From an uncultured Blastochloridaceae bacterium (lineage in GTDB: Bacteria; Verrucomicrobiota; Verrucomicrobiia; Methylacidiphilales; JBCBYL01), in assembly GCA_964351865.1 (NCBI GenBank), contig CAYGPJ010000003.1, positions 73,553 to 137,552 of the forward strand: a stretch of 64,000 nucleotides of DNA, in the 5' to 3' direction. Shown in pieces: positions 1 to 9,107 of this stretch (its first letter is position 1; each line of letters opens with the position of its first letter). Under the pieces are notes generated by a model. The model worked only from the letters and a program-made list of their open reading frames with translations. It was not told the DNA's origin and made no database searches. Position numbers and translations under genes: made by a program.

Positions 1-1486
1 TGTGGTCCTGCACGTTGCAGATCGGGTTGTCGGCCCAACCGTAGCGGACGGCAACCGGTTTCGACACCTCAGGACAGGTCAGGGTGATTTCGTTGTTAGC
101 GGTGATTTCCGCTGCGGCAGGATGAAAAACCTGGTCGGCTCCTGCCATCACAAAACCGATCACTTCTTGGGAATCATAGCAGCGTAATCCGTCTGCGCTG
201 ACATTTGAAAATTTCAGTACCACGCGTGAATCCTCTATTTTCATGCTAGCAAAGGATGGGCTGCGGTAATTCATATCGAATCCATAGTCGTTAGCGAGGG
301 CCCAACGGGAGAGGCGTGAAGCCACGGTGTATTTATCTCGCGGGTGGATGTCGTTAGTCTCTCCGGAGTCAATGATCACAGCCTGCCCTGTGTGAGGCAC
401 ATCCAAGGTTTGACTTTGTGCTTCGCGCAGGAAGGCCCAGGTGCTGTTATCCTGATGGAGTTGGGGTTCCCGGTAATCGGCCAGTTGCACCCAGTAAAAC
501 GGGAACTCACCCACGCCCCACTGATCCCGGTAGGTTTTGATCAACACCGTCATGAGTTGGCGGTAGGTTTGATGGCGGGAGGAATTGCTCTCGCCCTGAT
601 ACCAGATGAAACCGCGGATGCCGTATCCGATAATCGGATGGGCCACTCCGTTGTAAATATTGGCGGGGCGATGACGATCGTAACGCGGATCGTGGGGTTC
701 ACGTGGCTTGCGGCCTTGCTTGCCATTGGACTTCCATTCTTCGACTTTTTGTTTCCATTCGCGGACCTCTTGCTGGAAAGAGTCGTCGGTGTAATCTGCT
801 AATCGCGTTTTCCACTCTTCCAGATACGGACTAAATTCAGAGTACTGTTCCAGCACGTCGCGTGGCACCCAGGCCTCGGCGGATGATCCGCCCCATGGGG
901 TATCAATCAGGCCGATGGGAACGTCGAGAGCACCTTGCAGGGTGCGACCGAAGTAATACGCAATCGCAGAATGGTCGGCGACGGCTTCCGGACTACAGAC
1001 ACTCCATGCCCCCTCGAAGTTGTCCTGAGGTTGCTGGGAGCCAAGGCGGGGGACGGTGATGAGACGAATGTTCGGGTGGTTGGCCGCGGCGATTTCTACC
1101 TCGGCGCCTTTGGCTCGGACCAGCGGCCATTCCATGTTAGATTGTCCGGCAGCAACCCAGACCTCTCCCACCAGCACGTCTGAGAAGGTGGTTGCATTGA
1201 CGGTCAACGTGTGGGGACCACCGGCAGGCATCGGTTCCAGGAAGGCTTTCCATTTTCCGTCTTCGTCAGCCTGAGTGGTTACGGTCTGTTGAGCCAGTTT
1301 CAGCTTAATGCTGGCGCCGGGGTCGGAACGCCCCCAGACCGGGATCGGCGCATCCCGTTGCAGCACCATGTGATCAGAGAAAATATTGGGCAGCGAAACT
1401 TCAGCCTTGGAAGTCTTGGTGCAAGAGGAGAGGAATAGGGCAACTGCGGCTACAATTGAAAAAACGAATATACGTTGGGGATTCAT
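1..1486 (-). CDS. SGNH-type carbohydrate esterase, sialate O-acetylesterase-like (DUF303-like); 3' end runs off the left window edge
   Basis: Absent from the supplied ORF track because it is open to the window edge. My translation from ATG at 1486 gives MNPQRIFVFSIVAAVALFLSSCTK, a lipoprotein-type signal. It then shows VWVAAGQSNMEW, DTPWGGSSAEAW, FIWYQGESN and DIHPRDK, which are SGNH-hydrolase blocks as in sialate 9-O-acetylesterases. Confidence 0.8.
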   Translation of the reverse strand, partial: MNPQRIFVFSIVAAVALFLSSCTKTSKAEVSLPNIFSDHMVLQRDAPIPVWGRSDPGASIKLKLAQQTVTTQADEDGKWKAFLEPMPAGGPHTLTVNATTFSDVLVGEVWVAAGQSNMEWPLVRAKGAEVEIAAANHPNIRLITVPRLGSQQPQDNFEGAWSVCSPEAVADHSAIAYYFGRTLQGALDVPIGLIDTPWGGSSAEAWVPRDVLEQYSEFSPYLEEWKTRLADYTDDSFQQEVREWKQKVEEWKSNGKQGRKPREPHDPRYDRHRPANIYNGVAHPIIGYGIRGFIWYQGESNSSRHQTYRQLMTVLIKTYRDQWGVGEFPFYWVQLADYREPQLHQDNSTWAFLREAQSQTLDVPHTGQAVIIDSGETNDIHPRDKYTVASRLSRWALANDYGFDMNYRSPSFASMKIEDSRVVLKFSNVSADGLRCYDSQEVIGFVMAGADQVFHPAAAEITANNEITLTCPEVSKPVAVRYGWADNPICNVQDH

Positions 1487-1526
1487 GATAACTGTAGATT
1501 AATGCGATTAGCAATTGGCGGGGAGA

Positions 1527-3413
1527 TTATTCTTTCGGTTTCTCCTCTTTCTTTTTCCGGTAATATTCCTGTAGCACATAGAAGGCATCCTTCTTCTGGC
1601 CTCGTTCGGAGATGAGCCCTTTGCGATTAAAGTAGTCTTGCACGCGAGGGAGCATCCGGCGCGGAGAACGGAAATCCATCAACAACCACGGTGCCGTGCC
1701 CCGGATAAAGGGGATTTTATCGATCATTGTTACCTGGTTTTTATAAAGCTCGGCCAGAAACTCCTCACTCCATACCGTATCCTTGTCGGCCCGATAGCCT
1801 TGCAAGGCACCGCCTCCGAATTCACTGAAGACCACGGGTTTTTGGTAAGGGGTTTCCCAGACCACATCCCAGACCGACGGATCATTGCGCTCTCCATACC
1901 ATCCTTGATATTGGTTGCAGCCGATCACGTCGAGGTATTTGCCCAGCGGATCATTAATGACAATTTTACGGATGGCACCTTCAAAATTATCGGTGCGACC
2001 ATCGACGTATCCTTTTTCTGCCAGAATGGCCGCAGTGATCAGGCGCGTGGGGTCCTGTTGGCGTGCCAGATTGGCCAGGTTACCCAGAAACTTTAGCCGG
2101 GCATCGCTTAAGCGTGTTTCGTTGGCCACAGACCAGAGCACCACCGAAGCTCGATTTTTGTCGCGGGTGATCATCTGCGACAACATCTTGCGTGCGTTGC
2201 GATCCACCACCGGATCTTCCCAACTGATGGCCCAATAGAGCGGAATTTCGGACCAGACCATCAGCCCCATCTCATCCGCCATCCGCACCATATGTTCGTT
2301 ATGCGGGTAGTGGGCCAGCCGCACAAAGTTACAGCCGAGTTCCTTCGCCCACCCCAGTAAAATTTTAGCATCTTCCGGAGAATGGGCGCGTCCGGTCCGA
2401 ATAGGGGCTTCTTCGTGAACACTGATGCCGCGAATGAAAATCGACTCGCCATTCAGCAGAATATCGCGTCCCTTGACCTGAATGCAGCGGAAACCGATCT
2501 TATCCTCGATCGTGTCGGTCTGGGCGCTGAGTTGAACTTGATAGAGTTTCGGGTTCTCCGGCGACCACAAATCCAGCTTGGCATCGAATTCGAATTCCGC
2601 CCGGCCCTGGCTGTTCGTTTTGCCGGAATATTCAATGTCCGCTTCCGGAATGCGAATGGTAAATTCCTGATTCTTTTTTTCACCGTCTAATTGAATCCAT
2701 CCGGCAATGCGCTCCATGGAGTCTTTCTTAAGTTGCACTTTGTAATCGTGGATGAAGGTCTTTTCTTCTTCGATCAGCATGACGCGGCGGGTCAAGCCGC
2801 CGTAGTTCCACCAGTCACGCATCAGGGTCGGGATGGCTTTCGCCATCCGGGTATTGTCCACCAGAACCACCAGGGTGTTGCCTGTGGGCTTTACCTTATC
2901 CGTGATCTCGTAACTGAAAGGAGTGAATCCTCCCTCGTGGCGACCCAGTTCTTCGGCATTCAGGTAAACAATGGACTTGTAATTGGCGGCTCCAAAATAG
3001 ACGAATAAACGTTTACCTGCTTCCAGATCGTAGTCGAAATTTCTTTTGTACCAGATCGCTCCTTCGTAGAAGAACAGCCGCTCATCCTGCGTGTTCCAAT
3101 CTCCTGGCACTTGCAGCGTCTCACCATTTTCAAAGCCGTATTCCATCTTATCGTATTTTTCTTTAGCCACCGCCGCGTAGCTGAACTGCCCTTCGCCTCC
3201 CACTTTACGCTCTGCGAGATCATTGCTGAGAAAGCCGCGCAGGTAGCGATCGATAATCACTTCCCAGGTGCCGTTGAGCGAAGTGGTCTTGCGGTGATCT
3301 ACGTTGATCATCGCCGCATCATAAGTGCTTTCCTGCGCACACGCTGAAAAAACCAGCGGATACAGCAGCACGATGATTAATTTAAGTGGAAAAATAACTA
3401 AGGAGTGTTTCAT
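1527..3413 (-). CDS. glycoside hydrolase family 2 (beta-glucuronidase/beta-galactosidase-like), secreted
   Basis: 628-aa ORF with signal MKHSLVIFPLKLIIVLLYPLVFSACA. GH2 motifs are NFVRLAHYPHNE, the acid/base-type WSVANE and the nucleophile region VFSEFGGG. Confidence 0.85.
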   Translation of the reverse strand: MKHSLVIFPLKLIIVLLYPLVFSACAQESTYDAAMINVDHRKTTSLNGTWEVIIDRYLRGFLSNDLAERKVGGEGQFSYAAVAKEKYDKMEYGFENGETLQVPGDWNTQDERLFFYEGAIWYKRNFDYDLEAGKRLFVYFGAANYKSIVYLNAEELGRHEGGFTPFSYEITDKVKPTGNTLVVLVDNTRMAKAIPTLMRDWWNYGGLTRRVMLIEEEKTFIHDYKVQLKKDSMERIAGWIQLDGEKKNQEFTIRIPEADIEYSGKTNSQGRAEFEFDAKLDLWSPENPKLYQVQLSAQTDTIEDKIGFRCIQVKGRDILLNGESIFIRGISVHEEAPIRTGRAHSPEDAKILLGWAKELGCNFVRLAHYPHNEHMVRMADEMGLMVWSEIPLYWAISWEDPVVDRNARKMLSQMITRDKNRASVVLWSVANETRLSDARLKFLGNLANLARQQDPTRLITAAILAEKGYVDGRTDNFEGAIRKIVINDPLGKYLDVIGCNQYQGWYGERNDPSVWDVVWETPYQKPVVFSEFGGGALQGYRADKDTVWSEEFLAELYKNQVTMIDKIPFIRGTAPWLLMDFRSPRRMLPRVQDYFNRKGLISERGQKKDAFYVLQEYYRKKKEEKPKE

Positions 3414-3551
3414 AAGAATATCGGGTTGGAATATGTTCGCAAATAGATTGCAATGGGTTGTTTAATAAATATTATATTATTCATCATTTCCCGCAAGCGT
3501 ATTTTACAGGATAATAAGAGGGTAGAGAGTGTTGAAAGATATTACGAGTTT

Positions 3552-4955
3552 ATGAATCGACTTAAATACGGGCTTAGTCTGATGCTGCTGGGGCTGCTGA
3601 TCCAGTGTGCCCCGGCTGACGAAAGAACGAACATTATTCATATTGTGGTGGATGACCTGGGGGTGATGGATGTCGGGTTTATGGGAGATAAGCGATATCA
3701 CACTCCTCACATCGACCGGTTGGCTGGACAGAGTATGGTCTTTACGGAAGGCTATGCTCCTGCGGCCAATTGTGCGCCTAGTCGCGCCTGTGTCCTGACC
3801 GGTCAGAACCCGATGGTGCACGGGGTGTACACCGTGGGAAGTTCAGAACGAGGTCAGGTCGCGACGCGTCAACTCATCCCGACGGTTAATACCCCCTATG
3901 TGGCCGACGAACTTACGCTGTTACCTGAGGTCTTCAAACGTGAAGGCTACTTGACCGCTCAAATCGGAAAGTGGCATGTCGGGTATGATCCGGAAACGCA
4001 AGGGGTTGATATCAATATTGCAGGCACCCATCGGGGCGGTCCGGGCAACAAGGGCGGTTATTTCAGCCCCTACCACAATCCGAAATTACCGGATGGACCG
4101 GCAGGAGAGTATCTGACGGATCGCTTGACCTCGGAAGCGATTCAATTTCTGGAACAGCATCAGGACCAGAAGTTCTTTCTATATTTCCCCTTCTTTACGG
4201 TGCATACGCCGATTCAAGGCAAACCGGAGTTGGTGCAAAAATATACAGGCCGAACCGACGTGAATGCAGAGTATGCAGCGATGGTAGAAAGTCTGGATGA
4301 AAATATCGGCCGATTAATGAACGCGCTGGACCGTCTGAAGTTGTCAGAAAATACCGTGGTCGTCTTTACCTCGGACAATGGGGGTATCCGCAAGTTCTCT
4401 AAACAGGATCCCTATCGTGCTGGTAAGGGATCATACTATGAAGGGGGCGTGCGCGTGCCGTTTACCGTTCGATGGCCCGGTCAGATTCCAGCCGGAAGCC
4501 GATCCGATGTGCCGGTCACGGGGTTCGACTTCTATCCGACCTACCTGGAAATACTGGGAGTAGAGGCGGATAAACCGCTGGACGGGGTCAGCCTGCTGCC
4601 GCTGCTAAAACGAAGTGGAACCATTGAGCCGCGACCACTTTTCTGGCATTTCCCGGTTTATCTTCAGGCTTATGATCCGAAAACGGATGATGGCCGTGAT
4701 CCGTTATTCCGGACAAGGCCGGGTTCCACCATGCGATACGGGCATTGGAAGCTGCACCAGTATTTTGAGGACGGTGCTTACGAGCTCTATAATCTGAGCA
4801 GCGATGTGGGCGAAAGGAATAACCTGGCGCCATCCATGCCGGAAAAAGTCGAAGAACTGGCAGCGATGCTGGATGAGTGGAGAGCAAAAAACAACGCCCC
4901 GGTTCCCACGCAAAAAAATCCGGCTTTTCAGCCTGACGCTGACCCGATGCCGTGA
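3552..4955 (+). CDS. Cys-type (formylglycine) sulfatase, secreted
   Basis: C-x-P-x-R motif CAPSRACVLTG, plus IVVDDLG, GKWH and FTSDNGG. I moved the start to ATG 3552 (MNRLKYGLSLMLLGLLIQCAP signal) instead of the track start 3453. Confidence 0.9.
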   Translation: MNRLKYGLSLMLLGLLIQCAPADERTNIIHIVVDDLGVMDVGFMGDKRYHTPHIDRLAGQSMVFTEGYAPAANCAPSRACVLTGQNPMVHGVYTVGSSERGQVATRQLIPTVNTPYVADELTLLPEVFKREGYLTAQIGKWHVGYDPETQGVDINIAGTHRGGPGNKGGYFSPYHNPKLPDGPAGEYLTDRLTSEAIQFLEQHQDQKFFLYFPFFTVHTPIQGKPELVQKYTGRTDVNAEYAAMVESLDENIGRLMNALDRLKLSENTVVVFTSDNGGIRKFSKQDPYRAGKGSYYEGGVRVPFTVRWPGQIPAGSRSDVPVTGFDFYPTYLEILGVEADKPLDGVSLLPLLKRSGTIEPRPLFWHFPVYLQAYDPKTDDGRDPLFRTRPGSTMRYGHWKLHQYFEDGAYELYNLSSDVGERNNLAPSMPEKVEELAAMLDEWRAKNNAPVPTQKNPAFQPDADPMP

Positions 4956-5100
4956 AGTAGCAAATGGGTTCCACGTTCACCGAGGTAGTGGTGTGCTCTC
5001 TCCTTGCATATGACCTGAGAACGGTATTAGCGTAAATAGGTGTTTTTTCATTACTTCACTTACTGACTTGATTATCTTAAAACTATCGAATTTTCACCGC

Positions 5101-6975
5101 ATGAAGCACCCGCTCCAAACTTCTTTCTTTGCCTGCTCTTGGGGACACGGAGCCGTGATTTGCAACCCGCGACAGGTAATTCGGAAGCTTGGTGCAGGGT
5201 TTTGCTGCGTTTTAATTTTATTCGGTTCCAGCTCGCAGGCCCCTGCCATGGGTGCGAAGCCGGCGATCAACCCGCCTGAAATAGGGAGTGGCCCTAATGT
5301 CATCGTGATCATGACGGATGATCAAGGGTGGGGCGATCTGAGCTTTCATGGAAACACGAACCTCGAAACACCCCACCTTGACTCGCTCGCAGAAAACGGT
5401 GTGGCATTTAAGTATTTCTACGTCTCCCCGGTTTGTTCGCCGACCCGGGCCGAGTTCCTTACCGGGCGTTATCATAGGCGAACCGGAGTGACCAGCACCA
5501 GCCAGGGAGGAGAACGCATCCATCATGACGAGACAACCATTGCCGACGTCTTCAAGGCAGCCGGATATGCGACGGGTGTCTTCGGAAAATGGCACAACGG
5601 CAGCCAGTGGCCCTACCATCCTAATGCCCGTGGCTTCGATGAGTTCTACGGTTTTACCTCGGGACACTGGGGTTATTACTTTGATACGGAAATGGAGCAC
5701 AATAGCCGTTTCGTTCAAGGAGTGGGTTACATCGTCGACGATCTCACGAACCGGGCCATTCAATTCATCAGTGAAAATCGCAATAGACCGTTTTTTTGCT
5801 ACGTTCCCTATAACGCGCCACACACGCCAATGCAGGTGCCTGATGCGTATTGGGATTCTTTCAGAAGCGCTGAACTGTCTCTGCGCCACCGGGATCCAGG
5901 GAGGGAAGACCTCGACTTCACCCGGGCCGCCTTGGCCATGTGCGAGAACATTGACTGGAATGTGGGGCGGCTTCTGAAAGCGCTGGATCAATTGGACATA
6001 ACACAGAATACGGTCGTTCTCTTCCTGAGCGATAACGGGCCGAATTCCTTGCGGTGGAACGGAGGGATGAGGGGTAGAAAAGGTTCCACCGACGAAGGTG
6101 GCGTTCGGTCGCCGCTTTTCATCCAATGGCCGGGAACCATTCCGGCGAAGACACAGGTATCGGAAATCGCTGGAGCGATTGATCTTCTCCCGACCCTGGC
6201 CGACCTCTGCGGGATACCAGTCCGCACTCATAAAACTTTGGACGGCGTGAGTTTGAAACCGCTGATCCTGCACAGCGATAGGCTCCCTCCTTCAGAGAGG
6301 CTTCTTTTCAGTGCCTGGCGGGACCGCGTTAGTGTTCGCACCCAACAATACCGACTCGATTATCAAGGGCGGCTGTATGACATGGAGAACGATCCGGGAC
6401 AACGCAGAGACATCAGCGCGGAGCACGCGGAACTAACCAGTCGACTCAAACAAGCTGTGGAAATGTGGCAAAGAGAATCACTCGGCCCTTCAAGTCTAGA
6501 CATGCCTTTCACGGTTGGCCATCCGGACGAACCTGTTACCAATCTTCCTGCCCGCGATGGAGAAGCGACGGGAGGGATTAAAAGAAGCAGTCCCTATCCC
6601 AACTGTTCCTTTTTTACCAACTGGCAGAATACAGAAGACTCGATCACTTGGAATGTCGAGATCCTTACCCCCGGTAAGTATGAAGTCAAAATTGACTACA
6701 CCTGCGAGGAAGCCAACACAGGAGTTGTCTTGGAACTAACGTTTTTAGAAGCCAGGGTAACGAGCAAGATCAATGAAGCTCACGACCCGCCCTTGCTCGG
6801 GGAAGCTGCCAATCGTGTGCCGGGAAGCGAATCCTATGTAAAGCGATTTAAGTCCAAAACATTGGGGGCACTCACTCTCCCTTCAGAGGAGGGACTGCTG
6901 ACACTGCGGGCGACCGAGATTCCTGGTAGTGGGGCGATTGATCTGAGACGACTGATTCTGACCCGTTTGGATTGA
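5101..6975 (+). CDS. Cys-type sulfatase with ~157-aa non-catalytic C-terminal extension
   Basis: CSPTRAEFLTG formylglycine motif, plus IMTDDQGWGD, GKWH and LSDNGP. The probable start is ATG 5101 (MKHPLQ...). The C-terminal tail runs from MPFTVGHPDEP (6502) to the end. Confidence 0.85.
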   Translation: MKHPLQTSFFACSWGHGAVICNPRQVIRKLGAGFCCVLILFGSSSQAPAMGAKPAINPPEIGSGPNVIVIMTDDQGWGDLSFHGNTNLETPHLDSLAENGVAFKYFYVSPVCSPTRAEFLTGRYHRRTGVTSTSQGGERIHHDETTIADVFKAAGYATGVFGKWHNGSQWPYHPNARGFDEFYGFTSGHWGYYFDTEMEHNSRFVQGVGYIVDDLTNRAIQFISENRNRPFFCYVPYNAPHTPMQVPDAYWDSFRSAELSLRHRDPGREDLDFTRAALAMCENIDWNVGRLLKALDQLDITQNTVVLFLSDNGPNSLRWNGGMRGRKGSTDEGGVRSPLFIQWPGTIPAKTQVSEIAGAIDLLPTLADLCGIPVRTHKTLDGVSLKPLILHSDRLPPSERLLFSAWRDRVSVRTQQYRLDYQGRLYDMENDPGQRRDISAEHAELTSRLKQAVEMWQRESLGPSSLDMPFTVGHPDEPVTNLPARDGEATGGIKRSSPYPNCSFFTNWQNTEDSITWNVEILTPGKYEVKIDYTCEEANTGVVLELTFLEARVTSKINEAHDPPLLGEAANRVPGSESYVKRFKSKTLGALTLPSEEGLLTLRATEIPGSGAIDLRRLILTRLD

Positions 6976-7139
6976 ACACGGCAAAAGAATCCCAAAGATA
7001 TTACACAGCAAACTGGATTCGCTTATTTTTTAGAATGTCAAAATAGTGTCCCAATATTTTCCGTTGCAAGTCATGGCCGGTCGTTGCGAGTGAAAAAACG
7101 CTAGATACGTAAGCTGTTGGTTAACAGTTGAAAAGAGGG

Positions 7140-7605
7140 CGGACAGGGTGGGATGGTTCTGAAAGGCTAGCTCCTTTCATTAGTCGCTATGAGGACTACG
7201 TCTTGTTTGATATGTCACTTATGTGACAGCGACCAAACCCACATTTCGTCTTCGATTCAAGGTGGGTGAGGAACCAACCCAGACAGATTATGGCCCTAGT
7301 AGAATCGACACGGACAGGGTGGGATGACTGATTACCTTTGGTACTCATTGCGGGGAGTTTGACTTTGTTATTTGGAGCTTCGTTGGCACGAAGACCGCCA
7401 AACCCACGGGCTGCATTCAGCCTATGGCTGAACGTGGGTTCTGTGACACGGACAGGGTGGGAATGAATGATTACCTTAGGTAATCATTGTGCAAAGGTTG
7501 AGCATAGCTTATTTGAATCTTCGCTTACGCGAAATGCACCAAACCCACGGGCTGCATTCAGCCTGCGGCTGAACGTGGGTGCGAACACACCCTGTTCGAG
7601 GTAAT
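7140..7605 (-). repeat. three tandem ~140-170-bp units downstream of tRNA-Ser, each beginning with a copy of the tRNA 3' terminal 15 nt
   Basis: CGGACAGGGTGGGAT occurs at 7140-7154, 7311-7325 and 7449-7463 (the last with 1 mismatch) and in the genuine tRNA end at 7606-7620. Each unit carries an ACCCAC...GTGGGT hairpin (7237-7267, 7401-7440, 7542-7580). Confidence 0.75.
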
Positions 7606-7690
7606 CGGACAGGGTGGGATTCGAACCCACGGGACCTTGCGGCCCAATAGTTTTCAAGACTATCGCGATCGACCACTCTGCCACCTGTCC
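7606..7690 (-). tRNA. tRNA-Ser (anticodon UGA), class II with long variable arm, no encoded CCA
   Basis: The reverse complement is GGACAGGTGGCAGAGTGGTCGATCGCGATAGTCTTGAAAACTATTGGGCCGCAAGGTCCCGTGGGTTCGAATCCCACCCTGTCCG. It has acceptor GGACAGG/CCTGTCC, anticodon stem-loop ATAGT-CTTGAAA-ACTAT and T arm TGGGT-TCGAATC-CCACC. Confidence 0.9.
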
Positions 7691-7697
7691 GAGGTAA

Positions 7698-7725
7698 ACA
7701 ATAGGGAGTGCAGGCCACTGGGCAA
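7698..7725 (-). promoter_or_regulatory. candidate sigma70-type promoter of tRNA-Ser
   Basis: The minus strand reads TTGCCC (7725-7720), a 16-nt spacer, TATTGT (7703-7698), then 7 nt to the tRNA 5' end. Confidence 0.3.
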
Positions 7726-7848
7726 GTAGGAAATCTTAGGGTCTAAGAACGAGTGGTCGATTCCATCTCCCATTACCGCCCCGTCACCCGCTCGGTCTGC
7801 AGTAAGTGCCTCCGGCATGATTGGGGAATCGCTTACGCGATATGCAGG

Positions 7849-7912
7849 CTGCCACCTGTCCGAGGTAAAAATAGGGAGTGCAGGCCACTGGCCAAGGAGG
7901 AAATCTTAGGGT
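7849..7912 (-). repeat. duplicate of the tRNA-Ser 5' end (~14 nt) plus its upstream promoter region
   Basis: 7849-7912 aligns with 7678-7742 with 2 substitutions and 1 single-nt indel over ~64 nt; CTGCCACCTGTCCGAGGTAAA is identical. A further shared block TTACCGCCCCGT lies at 7773 and 7942, giving a period of ~170 bp. Confidence 0.75.
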
Positions 7913-8021
7913 GTGCGGAGGAGCCCTGAACGCATTCGGGGTTACCGCCCCGTTCCCCAAACGATGGGTTGTTTCATTTATTGCTTTGCGAGCAGGTGTG
8001 TATTTGTATGCTTACCAAACT

Positions 8022-9107
8022 ATGTCAAAAGATGGTCACAATTATGCCCCCAGCAGTTCAACAACACCGAAAGTCGTGGAATCTGGAGAATTTGTCTTCG
8101 CGGCAGCTCATCTGGATCACGGGCATATTTTTGGTCAGGTGAATGGTCTGCTGGAAGCCGGGGGAACGTTGAAATATATCTACGATACCGACCCGGAGCG
8201 ACTTAAAGGGTTTCTGGAAAAGTATCAGGACTCAGGGGTGACGGCTGTGGATTCGTTGGAGGGAATTTTAGATGATCCCGCGATTCAGATGGTGGCAGCG
8301 GCGGCCATTCCTTCGGAACGCGGCCCGTTGGGATGCCGGGTGATGGAGGCGGGTAAGGATTACTTTACCGACAAGTGTCCGTTTACGACGCTGGAACAAC
8401 TGGAACAGGCCCGATCCGTCGCGGCTCGAACCGGGCGGAAATATATCGTCTATTATAGTGAGCGCGTGCACGTCGAGGCGGCATGGTATGCGGATGAACT
8501 GATTCAAGCTGGTGCCATCGGGGATATCGTTCATATGGCGATCACCGGTCCACACCGACTGAACAAACCAGTGCGCCCGGAGTGGTTTTTCAAGAAAGCT
8601 CAGTATGGTGGAATCTTAACCGATATCTGTTCGCACCAGGTGGATCAGTTTTTGCACTACGCGCGGGCTGAGGATGCCGAGGTGCTGCACGCACGAGTGG
8701 AGAACTTTGCGAATCCGGCAGAGCCGGAGTTTGAGGATTTCGGGGAGGCCGTGTTGAAACTGGATACCAATGCTTCCTGCATCAGTCGGGTCGACTGGTT
8801 CACTCCGGACGGACTTTGCAGTTGGGGCGATGGTAGAACCCAGATTATCGGAACCAAAGGATTTATGGAAATTCGCAAATATCTGGATCTGGCACGTTCC
8901 ACGGTTGGGGACCGACTCTTTCTGGTCGACGGCGAGAAAGAAGTGGAAATCGAATGCCATGGTAAAGTCGGGTTTCCGTTTTTTGGTCAGTTGATTCTGG
9001 ATTGTTTGAATCGCACCGAAAATGCCATGACCCAGGCACATGCCTTTAAGGCCGCCGAGTTGTCATTGCAAGCACAAGAATTTGCGGATATAAAACGTGG
9101 CAAATGA
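8022..9107 (+). CDS. Gfo/Idh/MocA-family oxidoreductase (atypical N-terminus)
   Basis: Typical Gfo/Idh/MocA length and layout. I moved the start to ATG 8022 (MSKDGHNY) because the track's 7878 extension covers the tRNA-promoter duplicate. Confidence 0.7.
   Translation: MSKDGHNYAPSSSTTPKVVESGEFVFAAAHLDHGHIFGQVNGLLEAGGTLKYIYDTDPERLKGFLEKYQDSGVTAVDSLEGILDDPAIQMVAAAAIPSERGPLGCRVMEAGKDYFTDKCPFTTLEQLEQARSVAARTGRKYIVYYSERVHVEAAWYADELIQAGAIGDIVHMAITGPHRLNKPVRPEWFFKKAQYGGILTDICSHQVDQFLHYARAEDAEVLHARVENFANPAEPEFEDFGEAVLKLDTNASCISRVDWFTPDGLCSWGDGRTQIIGTKGFMEIRKYLDLARSTVGDRLFLVDGEKEVEIECHGKVGFPFFGQLILDCLNRTENAMTQAHAFKAAELSLQAQEFADIKRGK

Noticed and set aside
5218-6273. 351-aa minus-strand ORF inside the second sulfatase gene
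   Set aside because: It is entirely antisense to a gene with strong sulfatase motifs. Its translation is Arg/Pro/Gly-rich and low in complexity, with no recognisable family. This is a typical shadow ORF in GC-rich coding sequence.
7484-7718. Two ~66-69-aa minus-strand ORFs over the tRNA-Ser gene
   Set aside because: They are explained by the tRNA and its repeats, and nothing supports them as coding.
7140-7960. The repeat arrays next to the tRNAs (also 47465-48044) as CRISPR arrays
   Set aside because: The units are 140-310 bp, internally structured and similar along most of their length. There is no short, identical direct repeat alternating with unique spacers, and there are no cas genes in the window.
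7878-8021. N-terminal extensions of track ORFs (7878-8021, 3453-3551, 18856-18939, 58289-58318, 26445-26546, 29372-29410, 40182-40217)
   Set aside because: The extensions overlap upstream genes or the tRNA-promoter repeat and lack signal or domain content. Internal ATGs give proper signal peptides or ATGA/TGATG coupling with the upstream stop.
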